Shown here: positions 37,500 through 49,151 of the stretch, piece after piece | Numbering within the stretch: position 1 is the stretch's first letter | Layout of the letters: every line of letters begins with the position of its first letter | Assembly (NCBI GenBank): GCA_964016885.1 | Contig: OZ024741.1 | Coordinates: 123,256,001 to 123,320,000, forward strand | Reading direction: 5' to 3' | Source of the DNA: Eledone cirrhosa | Lineage: Eukaryota | Length of the DNA: 64,000 nt | Translations under genes and position numbers: made by a program | Notes under the pieces: generated by a model | Databases searched by the model: none | Seen by the model: the letters and a program-made list of their open reading frames with translations, nothing else | What the model was told of the DNA's origin: nothing

Positions 37500-39190
37500 C
37501 ACCCATGTTTTCTCTTTAATTTTTGTTAGAGTTCGTTTATATTTTTTGCCTCTATGACCTGCCTGAGCAGTGCTTCTTTTCTGTGTGTGGATATACTTTT
37601 TATCTCTATGTCCTCTAATATTCCCCTATGTTGGTGGAGTACTGATGAGTTTTTCCATCCCGGAGATCTCGTCAGTGTTCACTTATCCTTTCTCCTATGC
37701 TACGGGCTGTTTCACCTATGTATGTCATGTTCTTATTCCTACATTGTCCCTCAGTACATCGTATACCATATACTACGTTCCTAAATTTGCAGTTAAGTTG
37801 TGGGTTTAGCTTACAGACTATGCATTTCCTATCAGCACAGGGGTATCTTTAGTATTTATTGTAATCATACAATGAGTTTATTTTATTTGCCTTATTCCTA
37901 ATTCTTTCTATTCTGTTCCCAAATTTGCTCCTATACATGGGGCAAGTTCCATTTGCATCATTTGCTACAATCTTTGGCAATTTGGATCGAGCTCCTTTAT
38001 ATATCCTGATCTTGTCTCTCCGATTGTAGCCAGACAACTGCATGTTTTGTATGTGTCTCTCTAATTCTTTGGAGTTGCACATACAGGACATGTTCCTCAT
38101 CACTTTTACTATGTCCACAATCAGTATGTTGCTTTTTATGAGGTCCGAAACAACTGAGTTCCGGTGGATTGTGTTTTTGAAGGTCATGGGTTTAGCATAA
38201 TGCGAATGGAGGATTTGCGTTCTAATAGTTTCCAACCGCAGTTCTGTGTCTAATATGGGTAATCTATGGTTGGGGTGTTTATTTGGGTAGTCTATAGTAA
38301 CTTTAATACTCTGGTGGATGGAGTGAGCTATTGGCTTGATGCTTTCTATGGTTTTCTTCGCTAATTCCTGACTGTTCTCTCGTGGGGGTGTGTTAACTAC
38401 AATATTTATGTCATCTACCTAGCGGGAGTACATAGTCAGGGTTATAAAATCGTCGTGTAATTTTTCTTTAAGTTTTATGCCCCACTACACCATAAAGAGG
38501 TTAGCTATGTCACCTGCAATGCTAACGCTAATGGCTGCCCCCTCCTCTTGGGCATATGTTTCTCATTCAATTTGAACATATGTTCCTTAAGGGTTAGATT
38601 TATACTGGCCCCTACCGCATGTGCGACCATTGTCTTTAATTCATCATGATTTTCGGTTGTCCGTATGGCTCTGGTCCACCCGCTCCATCTTTCTGTGTGG
38701 GTCTTCTTCGCCACCGAGGTAATGGTGGGTGGTCTGCCTCTTTCTGGCCCTGTGGAGCAGAGGCTGCTGGGATTATGTGTGTCTAGGTATTCCTTATTGT
38801 ATAGGAGTTTAAGTAGGAGTCCCAGCTCCATGGCATCAAATCCACGGAATTCCACATCGCTCTTGCTGATAATTTCTATGCATTTTCCACATCAAAATCA
38901 ACGTTGATGGATGGGTAAAGAGACTACATCCATGCTACCTATTGGACAGCATGCTAGGTCCCTGGATAGGTTGCATTCGCTGATTCTGCTGAGGAGGTCC
39001 TCCGTGTTGTCGCATATATCTGGGGATATTTAAATGATAGGGCGTATGATCAGGGAGAGGTTGTAGGAGAGTCGGTAGTTGCTAGCAATGTTAGCTCTAC
39101 AGACTGGTCGTGGTTGTGGTCCTGTGACTGGATCACTATTTGCCATGTGGTCTTTGCGAAGCACATACAGCGTTGGTATATCGTTGTTCT
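37500..39190 (-). pseudogene. PLE reverse transcriptase-GIY-YIG polyprotein, disrupted
   Basis: ORFs 38505-38855 and 37849-38235 plus manual translation of 37500-37850 and 38860-39190. Confidence 0.75.
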
Positions 39191-39434
39191 AGGCCTGCAA
39201 GACATACATACACACACATGCACACACACAAAAACAACAACAACTAATTAATAAAACAAATCAGACATACACAGAGAGATCAAACAATCAACTGGTGACA
39301 AATAAATAACCACATAAATAAATAAAAACACACACACATACCCGGATGTAACGCACGTGCGAACTAAGCATACAACACACAAAAACAAGATGGTGTAGGA
39401 CAGAACAAAGGAGATAAACACAAAATAAAAACCC

Positions 39435-39479
39435 TGTCACTGAAGATGTCACAGAATAGGTGTCGAAAGAGCTTTGACA
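39435..39479 (+). ncRNA. Minimal type I hammerhead motif in the pLTR
   Basis: tgtca-CTGAAGA-[stem II]-GAAA-gagc-TT-tgaca; the mutated partner lies at 37206-37248 (-). Confidence 0.7.
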
Positions 39480-39646
39480 ATATATAAACAACCTTCCGGT
39501 TATCGGACCAACTAACCAACCAACCAGAAATTTATAATAAATTAAAGTGAAAAGCAACAGTTGCGTGTGTTTTATTTACAACATTACCCTCCCAAAATAT
39601 AACAATATATATATATATATAAATATATATACACACACACACGCAC

Positions 39647-39712
<66 letters not shown>

Positions 39713-40092
39713 GTACATACACACGCACATACATATACATGTGTACGTATGGGTTATATTGAAAATTAATAATAATGTTCAATTCATTTGTAAACAAACG
39801 GGTGATTTGAAGCTGTGCCGTGCCGGTGACCGATCATCACCTATTTGTTCAACACTGGTTTTGAGGAATAATCGACATGGTTCTGGGTCATTACACTTTA
39901 TCAGGACCGTATACCTATGCCAGTCTTTTGAACGGTTGAAAATATATAGTATTTTCTTAAGTACGCATCGGCTAAATAACCTCATTTTCATGCCGAATGA
40001 GTTACGGCTGGCTTTGACGAATATTAATAATAAAATTAGAATTTTATTTCCTACCCTAGCGCAGCTGATAAATAAATGTGAGTATGCACACG

Positions 40093-40182
<90 letters not shown>

Positions 40183-40745
40183 CATACATACATACACACA
40201 CCCATACAGTGGCGGACTGCTGTCTAAAAATATTGGTTGCCAGGAGATAAAGGGGGCCAACCCATATATAGAATCCTATTATTTAATTTTTATAACGAAT
40301 AAACAACATTTTCAAAAAATACAACACTGGAAACAAAAAAGTGCAATAAAATTTCTGCGGACAAAAAGTATACTTTTTTTTTTACCAATCATAGTGTATA
40401 TATATACTATATATATTACTGGCAGTATACAATAATGTCACATGTAAATAGAGAATATTATAATTGAATTTTTAAATGATTGTGAATTAATAATGTACAG
40501 TTATTTTGAAAAGTTTTAAGCAAATTGAAAATAAATTGGTATAGATCAATTTCAGTATTTTTAATGAAGACTTTTTACTGTAAAAAGTTAACTATGTTTT
40601 CTCATAAAATTCCCGCCGTTGCAGTCAATACCACATCTTCATACATATACATCAGTTTTTTTGTTTTACAAAGGAGATTTCTTCTACTTTCAATATTTTA
40701 CATCCTTCTATTATTCGGTTTCCCCTGCTCTTGCGATTACTGTTT

Positions 40746-41447
40746 TTATAAGGCCCTTCTAACACGCAGGTAATCATTAAAGCCACGTACAAAGGGTGAC
40801 TGATCACAAGTGTTGGGAGACTCAAAGGCTAAGCAGTATGAACAATATAAGAATCTATTTTCTTTGTTGTATGTACGCCATTTTCTTGGGACAGAGTAAT
40901 TCACAATTTTCCTCCCATACAAACGAGCATCAAGTTGCTGACATGGAGTTTCAGCAAAAACTCTTTCAGATTTGATCGTGATGAACATTCAAAATTCCAG
41001 CAGCTGATCTTTCATTTTCTTGTAAAGGTTAATTTACAGAATGTGCTTCAGAAACCAAGCCATGTATGTCTTAAGTAATATCTAATCCCCAACACTAGTT
41101 AAATACAAGTACTCAGATGTTGCAACTATAGGCAGTACAGATACCGGAACAATGAAGACAGAAATAGTACTGGGTCTGGGTTGATTAGAAAAGGATGTAC
41201 TTGTATTTGTCTCTACATCCAAAGTAACTATTCCCTGTTCTTGCATCTTACATGTCACTGCATCATCACCATGGGTCTTGTTTCTTGTTTCTCGATTATT
41301 TGTTACAGAACTGGACATTGATGTGGATGGTTGTGGCGGTATTATAAAATCTGTAATAGTCTTGCACCGCTTGGCTGATTCCTGCCTTTCTGCTTCATGT
41401 CGCTCTTTACGTTTCAGTGATCCAAATTCATACTTTTTATTTTCCAT
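40746..41447 (-). pseudogene. hAT transposase N-terminal fragment with TTF-type zinc finger
   Basis: MENKKYEFGSLKRKERHE..CKTITDF and RKWRTYNKENRFLYCSYCLAF..SPFVRGFND. Confidence 0.7.
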
Positions 41448-41795
41448 GTTGGTACGGGTAATATTCCTGATTTTCAAGGTTAAAAATATCAAAAATACCC
41501 GACATCGGGAAAAATGAATATACACAAATTTTTCAATATGTAATTACTAATACATTACTAGGATTAATAGAATAAATATTTTAGTTAATATTTAACGATG
41601 CTGGTTGAATGGTTGATATAAATTAAACCAGACAAATATTAATATTCATCCTAACAACTTTATATTATCATTGGTTATGCAAGTGATACCAAAAAACAAA
41701 ATTTGGAACATTATCTCCGACTTTTTTCTTCAAGAAATGGCTTGACTACGAGCAATAATTCTCAAAACAAAATATTTAAACTCTTTTGTGTCTAC

Positions 41796-42226
41796 ATTAT
41801 TTCTACTCTATGGCGGTGGATTGGCAGTATCAGTAGAGGATCGGTAGAGGAGCGGACACCATGCTGTGACGCATAGAATTACAGCCCTTGCCATTCTGAG
41901 TTCAAATCCCGCCGAGGTTAACTTTGCCTTTCATCCTTACGGGGTCGATAAAATAAAGTACCAGTATTACACTGAGATAATTGCTTGCCTTGTGCCAAAA
42001 GTAGAAACAATTATTTCTACTCTATGGCGGTGGATTGGCAGTATGGGTAGAGAGTCGGAGAACATGCTTTCCAGCATAGTTACGGCTCTTTATGATCTGA
42101 GTTCAAATCTCGGCGAGGTTAACTTTGCCTTTCATGCATACGGGGTCGGTAAAATAAAGTACCAGTAATACACTGGGATAATTGCTGGCCTTGTGTCAAC
42201 AGTAGAAACAATTATTTCTACTCTAT
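41796..42226 (+). mobile_element. Two tandem tRNA-derived SINEs (41812-42009, 42026-42210)
   Basis: B-box GAGTTCAAATCCC/CTC; the 16-bp repeat ATTATTTCTACTCTAT occurs at 41796, 42010 and 42211. Confidence 0.85.
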
Positions 42227-42545
42227 ATATCTTTGATTTCTGTATTTGTAGGTAAAAAGTAAAAATCTGATTGTCCATAATTTTTCTACTGCAATATCTG
42301 TTCATGGGTATCCAACACATGAATATATTTATAATATTTCAATCCTTATGTGATTATAACGGTAAAAATGTAAATATTTGGGAAAATGGAATAAAAATAA
42401 AAGTGTATAGAAAAGAATAAAGCCTATCTTTTAATACTATTACGAATATTTAATTCCATATATATTTCAACAATTTTAAATAATATATAGAAATTCCAAT
42501 CAAATGATAAACATTCATATAATTTTCATAGAAGTTCAAAATTAG

Positions 42546-42608
<63 letters not shown>

Positions 42609-42972
42609 TATCTCTCTCTCTCTATATATATATATTTACACACACACAACATATATATATATCCAGAGAGAAATAGGGGGAGAGAATGGGAGGACACAAG
42701 GTATGTTCAAAATATGAGTAGCTTACCTATTTACGTGTTTTATGGAAAGAATAATGTTTTATAACTTTATTCAATTATGATTGGTTGATGTAGAATTATA
42801 AGATTTTTAATGATACACTTTGTAAGATACTTGCCGAGGTAGATAACGGTAATTATTACAACCCACTAATAGAATATACAGTGAATTGCACGATATATAT
42901 ATAGTGGTAGAACACTGGAAGGTAATATCCGTAGTGGTAGAGCACGCAGTCCATGGGAGGAGTTACGTAGAG

Positions 42973-43115
42973 GTGGTTACACAACAGTTAGTTCACCATA
43001 CCGAGAACAATTGTTTCACCTTAGCGGATCCTCAGCTCGTAATGGATTACGAGCTGAGGATCCGCTAAGGTGAAACAATTGTTCTCGGGTTGGTGAACTA
43101 ACTGTTGTGTAACCA

Positions 43116-43116
<1 letters not shown>
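42973..43116. mobile_element. 144-bp hairpin element carrying a hammerhead motif on each arm, adjacent to (TA)n
   Basis: cgag-CTGAGGA-tccgctaaggt-GAAA-caattg-TT-ctcg at 43050-43087 (+), mirrored on the left arm. Confidence 0.75.
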
Positions 43117-43190
<74 letters not shown>

Positions 43191-43234
43191 AAGTTAAATA
43201 AAAGTCAAATGATTAAAATTTAGCTTCGTTTATT

Positions 43235-43289
43235 ACTGCTATATATATTTCAGTGACAGCCATCTTTGGCTGTGACCTCTTCAGGCAGT
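43235..43289 (-). ncRNA. Minimal type I hammerhead ribozyme (sense to the Naiad ORF)
   Basis: Reverse complement of 46701-46755. Confidence 0.8.
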
Positions 43290-44478
43290 TTGAATTAGTA
43301 TGGTATAGACAAGTACATATGTTGTTTAGGTGTATGATATTGTCAATACTCTGATATGCCCAGTTCCTTGCTGGGTTGTTAATTCACTGGGGAACTGGAG
43401 TCATATGAATTCAAACAAACGAATTTTCGTGTCACAGGTCCCCTTCTCCTCTCATTGGTCAGCTATTAGTGTTGTCATTGTTGGAGTTAGCTTAAAAATT
43501 GATAAAATGGTAGAAGGGACAAGGTGTTGAAGGAACAAAATATCAAAAAATGTGTCAAACTTCCCATTGTTCAGTTCTGAGAGCATTCCTCAGTCAGAAG
43601 TCTATAGAATTCTTTCTGGGGTGAGGCTCCCTGTAGTGTTTATGCCTGCTATTGTTCAGTACATTTGACCTCCACCATTATTTTGGTACTGTTGTTGTTG
43701 TAGTGGTCAGCTTATATCTTGCTGCTGCTAACAATTTAGAAGTATTCAGTTTGTGTTTTCTCTTCATCCCACCCGCCACCATCGTAGTGGTGGTGGCGGA
43801 GGGGGGGGGGGGTTATTTCATGTATATGAAGAAATATAAGGCAATAAATGAAGAAAACAGAAGATAAATAAATAATATAATAAAATAAAATAATTAATAT
43901 AATTTGTGTAATTTGAAAATAAATAAATAAATAGAGAATAAAGAATAAAGAGTAAATGAGAGATTGGTGAAAAAGTAATGATAATGTATATGGAGAAGTG
44001 AGAAATAATGTAGGATAAAGTGTGTGTGTGTGTGTGCTATAACCAATCTCAAGGTCAGAATATGTTGGATAGATTGGTATGATACAAGATGTTAAGATGA
44101 GATATTCAATGTGTTTGTGTTATAATCTATCTCAACTTAAAATAAATATAAGGTTATACAGTGAAGAGGGCAGAAAACTAATAACAAATTAATAAAGAGA
44201 AATCAAGATTTAAGATTGGAACTTTAAAGTCAGAAATCTGGTAAATTAAAAGTGTTTGTGTTATAGATGTTGGCCAGATTATTATGGCTGTGTCCGATTC
44301 TATCTCTAGGCTATCATGGTGTCTGCTCCGCCTGGGTTGTTCCCTATGGCTTGAGGGGAGTTCACAACCTAGGGTGTTGTAATTGTCCATATAGCTTGAG
44401 GGAGGTCTGGCCGAGAGGTGTTTTCATGTTCTGTAGAAGTCCCTATAGCTTGAGGGGAGTTCACATCTTCTTGTGTTG

Positions 44479-45790
44479 CTACTGTCCATATATTTTGAGA
44501 AAGGTCCCGGCTCTAAGGTGTCTGCATGTCCCGAAGAAGTCGGTTCTGAGGTTTATCAGGCCGCTTCCACCTCTTAGTATCTCGAGGGTCTCGTTCAGGC
44601 ATAGTTTGCATATGCAAGATCCCCCTTTATCGGGTGGTACTTTCCTGATTATGTACCAGGCCAGAGAGTATGGGGTCCTGTCCAGCTTAAGCTTCCAGAT
44701 CAGGTCGGAGAGAGCTGTGCTTTTCCTTTTGGCCTCCTTCTTGAATGAATGGCGATGGTTGTACCAGCGGTCCTTAAAGCTCGTTGATGTGGCTCCTATG
44801 TAGAGGTGTTCGGAGTTGGGGGTTTTAACCCTACAACCGTACACTATGTTCTTCTTGAGACATTCATTACCAAGGGGGCATGATTCGGGGTTTCTACAGT
44901 TGCAGAGGGTGGGCGGCCTCTGCGTGCTTAGATTAGGGTTCTCATTATGTGTTACATGTTGGTCTTCCCCCATGCTCGGTGGGGGGTCCTTGGGTCTGTT
45001 TGTGTTTCTTGGGTGGGCTCTGGGTCCCCCCTTCCCTCCTTTCACATGGTTCTGCTGAGTGTTTGTATTGCCATCTTCTGGTTGTGTGTGGTTTTTAAGC
45101 CTACTTCTGTTGATGCTAGCTATGTGTTGGGCCAAATTTCTCGTGGTGGAATACGAAAGCTTCACAGTGTGTCTGTTGAAGATCCTGTGGTATCTGTGGT
45201 CCCTCGGGAAGCATTTGTCAAGTGCTCCAAAGAACAATCGGGCCACGCTTTTCTTTAGGGCCGCTGAGTAGGGTGGGTTGTACCACGTGATTTGTCGGTG
45301 TCTCCTCCTATATGTGTGGGTTGGGGGCTTCGTGATTTGTTGTAGATTTATTGGTTTGCTGGTGGTTTCCGCACTGTTGCTTCCCTTTTGGGCTCTATAC
45401 TTTTTGTTATCTTCACGGCCCGGATTTGTGGGGTGGTTGTTGTCTGCCCCGGGAGATCCATCGTGGGGTGGTCGCCCGTTTCCTCCCCCCCACGTGTCCT
45501 GCGGTTGGGGTTGTCCGTCCTGGGGTAGTTAGCATCACGCCTGAGACTGCTACTCATATTGTGCTCCATCTCGTGGTCAAGCGCACTAGTCCCCACCGCC
45601 CGTGTGGTGGTGTCTGGTACATGGTGCCTATTTGATTTTGCTCTGCCTGTATTGTTAGGGTTCGCCCTCCCCCCTCTGGTAACGCGGTTGTGGGTGTCTG
45701 TTGGGCTATCTACCTCCCGGCTTTTCGGACTATATGTTATATTTTGTCCATGTGCCGCTTTCTTTAGAGCTGCGTTGTAATATTCTTGAT
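44479..45790 (-). pseudogene. Naiad-like PLE thumb/linker + GIY-YIG endonuclease
   Basis: YYNAALKKAAH..ITWYNPPYS..LDKCFPRDHRYHRIFNRHTVKLSYS..CNCRNPESCPLGNECLKKNIVY..YIGATSTSFKDRWYNHRHSF..CKLCLNE..LINLRTDFFGTCRH. Confidence 0.88.
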
Positions 45791-46700
45791 TTCTCTTTAT
45801 TAATTTGTTATTTGTTTTCTGCCCTCTTCACTGTATAACCTTATATTTATTTTAAGTTGAGATAGATTATAACACAAACACATTGAATATCTCATCTTAA
45901 CATCTTGTATCATACCAATCTATCCAACATATTCTGACCTTGAGATTGGTTATAGCATACACACACACACACTTTATCCTACATTATTTCTCACTTCTCC
46001 ATATACATTATCATTACTTTTTCACCAATCTCTCATTTACTCTTTATTCTTTATTCTCTATTTATTTATTTATTTTCAAATTACACAAATTATATTAATT
46101 ATTTTATTTTATTATATTATTTATTTATCTTCTGTTTTCTTCATTTATTGCCTTATATTTCTTCATATACATGAAATAACCCCCCCCCCCCCGCCACCAC
46201 CACTACGATGGTGGCGGGTGGGATGAAGAGAAAACACAAACTGAATACTTCTAAATTGGTAGCAGCAGCAAGATATAAGCTGACCACTACACCAACAACA
46301 GTACCAAAATAATGGTGGAGGTCAAATGTACTGAACAATAGCAGGCATAAACACTACAGGGAGCCTCACCCCAGAAAGAATTCTATAGACTTCTGACTGA
46401 GGAATGCTCTCAGAACTGAACAATGGGAAGTTTGACACATTTTTTGATATTTTGTTCCTTCAACACCTTGTCCCTTCTACCATTTTATCAATTTTTAAGC
46501 TAACTCCAACAATGACAACACTAATAACTGACCAATGAGAGGAGAAGGGGACCTGTGACACGAAAATTCGTTTGTTTGAATTCATATGACTCCAGTTCCC
46601 CAGTGAATTAACAACCCAGCAAGGAACTGGGCATATCAGAGTATTGACAATATCATACACCTAAACAACATATGTACTTGTCTATACCATACTAATTCAA

Positions 46701-46755
46701 ACTGCCTGAAGAGGTCACAGCCAAAGATGGCTGTCACTGAAATATATATAGCAGT
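46701..46755 (+). ncRNA. Minimal type I hammerhead ribozyme in the inverted pLTR
   Basis: actgc-CTGAAGA-g-gtcacagcc-aaagat-ggctgtcac-t-GAAA-tatata-TA-gcagt. Confidence 0.8.
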
Positions 46756-46901
46756 AATAAACGAAGCTAAATTTTAATCATTTGACTTTTATTTACCTTT
46801 ATTTTACACTACTCCGGAGTAACCAAACCAACCTGCGCACTTCGTCGAGTGCTCCAGCCTGCTTACTGAGGTGTTGGTATACAACCAACATAAACTCAAA
46901 A

Positions 46902-46953
<52 letters not shown>

Positions 46954-47432
46954 ATGGCTATTGTTGCAAATCCCACCACCATCACAACTAAAATTCTTTG
47001 GTCAGCATTCACTTAGAGAAACCTTTTTTAATTTAATTAGAACAAAGGAATAAACACTGAAATGTGCGTATAAGAGTAAGTATATATATATATATATATA
47101 TGGTTGTATATCCTAGACTACAGATAATTTTTAATGCAAAGAGCATTGGATCTGAAATACTACGCTGGGCCCCTGTAACACTAACATGGGCCCAAAACTA
47201 TCCAGTCTGTCACTCCACACATACACATATACATATGTGCGTATGGGTTATATCGAACAGGGTTTGCACCAACGTGTATATATAAACATATCTAATTTGG
47301 TCGTATGTCAACACCCCAGAATATACGAATATCTATATAAATTGAACAAAATGATAAACATCTTTAATGAGTTTTCGAATTGTTTGAATTTTCATCAGTC
47401 GACATATTAACCGCAAGGAAACATGTATTACA

Positions 47433-47508
<76 letters not shown>

Positions 47509-47510
<2 letters not shown>

Positions 47511-48032
47511 TTTCTGAATTTGTTTAGCAAGATTCTTTATCTGAAAACGTGTGTTGAAACCGATATTGTTATACTTTGGGAGGGTGATGCTGCCAATAAG
47601 AAACACACGCAGCAGTGCTTTCACTTCAATTTATTATAAATTAAATTTATAAATTTTGGAATTTATAAATTTCCGGTTGGTTGGTTGGTTCCACAACCAG
47701 GCGATTGTTCATATTTTGTCAAAGTTCTTTTGTCACACATTCTGTGAACTCTTCAGTGACTGGGGATTCTTTTCTTTGTTTTTGTGCCTCTCCTTTGTTC
47801 TGTCCTATGCCATCTTGTTTTTGTGTGTGTTCTGTGCTTAGTTTGCGCATGTGTTACAGAATGTGTGACGAAAGAACTTATATGAACAATCGTCTGGTTG
47901 TGGAACCAACCAACCAACCAATCGGAAATTTATAAATTCCTAAATTTATAAATTTAATTTATAATAAATTGAAGTGAAAGCAACTGGTGCGAGTGTTTCT
48001 TATTGGCAACATGACCCGCCCAAAGCATAACA

Positions 48033-48035
<3 letters not shown>
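47509..48035. mobile_element. Fold-back non-autonomous PLE derivative (same pLTR family as 37-39.6 kb) between (TA)n tracts
   Basis: Left arm ~47509-47850 with a mutated hammerhead at 47718-47760 (-); right arm ~47852-48035 inverted. Confidence 0.8.
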
Positions 48036-48068
<33 letters not shown>

Positions 48069-48849
48069 ATATATATATATTTATAAAGAGAGAGAGAGAG
48101 AGAGATAAGGGGGATGGAGATGGAGAGAGTGAGAGAGAGAGGGGAGAGCTAGGGAGAGAGAGAGAGAGTAGGAAATAGATTGATGTCATATGCAGTTGCA
48201 TTTAGGTTTATTTTTATCTCCATGATACATACTTCACTGAGTTCTACGCCTAGATAGTTTTCTTCCTACCCACTCCACTAGCATGACCTCGTCAGAAGGT
48301 TTTAAAATCTTTATAACAATTTCATACAACTTAAGAATATCAAAAATATTGAAAAACTTCACTAAAAGAATTAAAGAAATATCCTTAAATATGTTTCACG
48401 TATCATGATATAGATTTATAGCAAATGTGTTGATATTGTTTCTATGCCATCCGACCCCTGTATGACACCCTAGCACTTGGGCGGGCGTGTGGACCTGTCA
48501 CCTGTCCCACGCCAGTAATATTGAATGTCGAAAATATTGTCATCGTTGTAGGAAGGAATTCTGCATGTAGCCCGTCTCCCCCGCCTCTCTACCAGGCAGT
48601 GGTTGTTATAGTCGTATCGTTAGTCATCTCCTCACAACCCAATGGTCAACTGTGTCTGCAACACCACGACACCATTATCGTTATATGGGAGAGGAGGAGA
48701 TTACTGTGAATTAAGGGTGGAATATTATAACAAAAAAAAAAAAAAATAAACATAAAATAAAATAATTAAAATGAAATAGATATATTTAAAATAGATAAAG
48801 ATATAACTTAACACGAAAACAAAGTATATAACGTAGTGGTTATATAGGT

Positions 48850-49151
48850 AAGCTTTGCACCGAGGTGGTACCATTGCCAATGTGGGTTATCCCCTAGCAA
48901 GATGGTGGGATAACATCCATGAGCTTGACCAGTCCCGCTTGACCATCCATCTAGAACAGTTGGAGACGGTTGCCTCTGACAAGACCCGTTGGAAAGAGTG
49001 TTTGAGGACTCCGCCCCCTCAGGAAGAAGAAGAAGAAGAAGAAGAAGAAGAAGAAGAAGAAGAAGAAGAAGAAGAAGAAGAAGAAGAAGAAGAAGAAGAA
49101 GAAGAAGAAGAAGAAGAAGAAGAAGAAGAAGAAGAAGAAGAAGAAGAAGAA
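48850..49151 (+). mobile_element. Severely 5'-truncated RTE-like LINE 3' end with a (GAA)43 tail
   Basis: GYPLARWWDNI...LETVASDKTRWK resembles the RTE C-terminal GRP..RW.D.....A.DR..W motif; (GAA)n at 49023-49151 follows directly. Confidence 0.6.

Larger units (their letters stand above)
37020..39605 (-). mobile_element. Penelope-like element (clade uncertain) with RT + GIY-YIG and inverted pLTRs (37020-37460 / 39205-39605)
   Basis: The minus strand gives RKDH..PRPVC, GSMDVVSLYPSI, MYSR*VDDINI, TIDYPNKHPNHRLPILD, YAKPM, then NVVYGIRC..TYIGETARSIGERISEH; the flanks are reverse complements. Confidence 0.8.
43184..46900 (-). mobile_element. 5'-truncated Naiad-like PLE with ~1.02-kb inverted pLTRs (43184-44208 / 45784-46806) inserted in (TA)n
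   Basis: The arms are near-perfect reverse complements (ORFs 43330-43530 and 46460-46660 differ by one residue); the coding part lies between them; (TA)n on both sides. Confidence 0.9.
40207..47215 (-). mobile_element. hAT (Tip100/ZMYM1-like) transposon relic containing nested insertions
   Basis: TIR CAGTGGCGGACTG at 40207 and degenerate partner CAGTCTGTCACTC at 47203-47215; 8-bp flanks cacccata / cacacata; transposase N-terminal pieces at 40746-41447. Confidence 0.6.

Noticed and set aside
290-45246. Selenocysteine recoding in the Naiad-like copies
   Set aside because: Where Cys motifs are visible they use ordinary Cys codons; I saw no in-frame TGA at a Cys position and could not recognise a SECIS.
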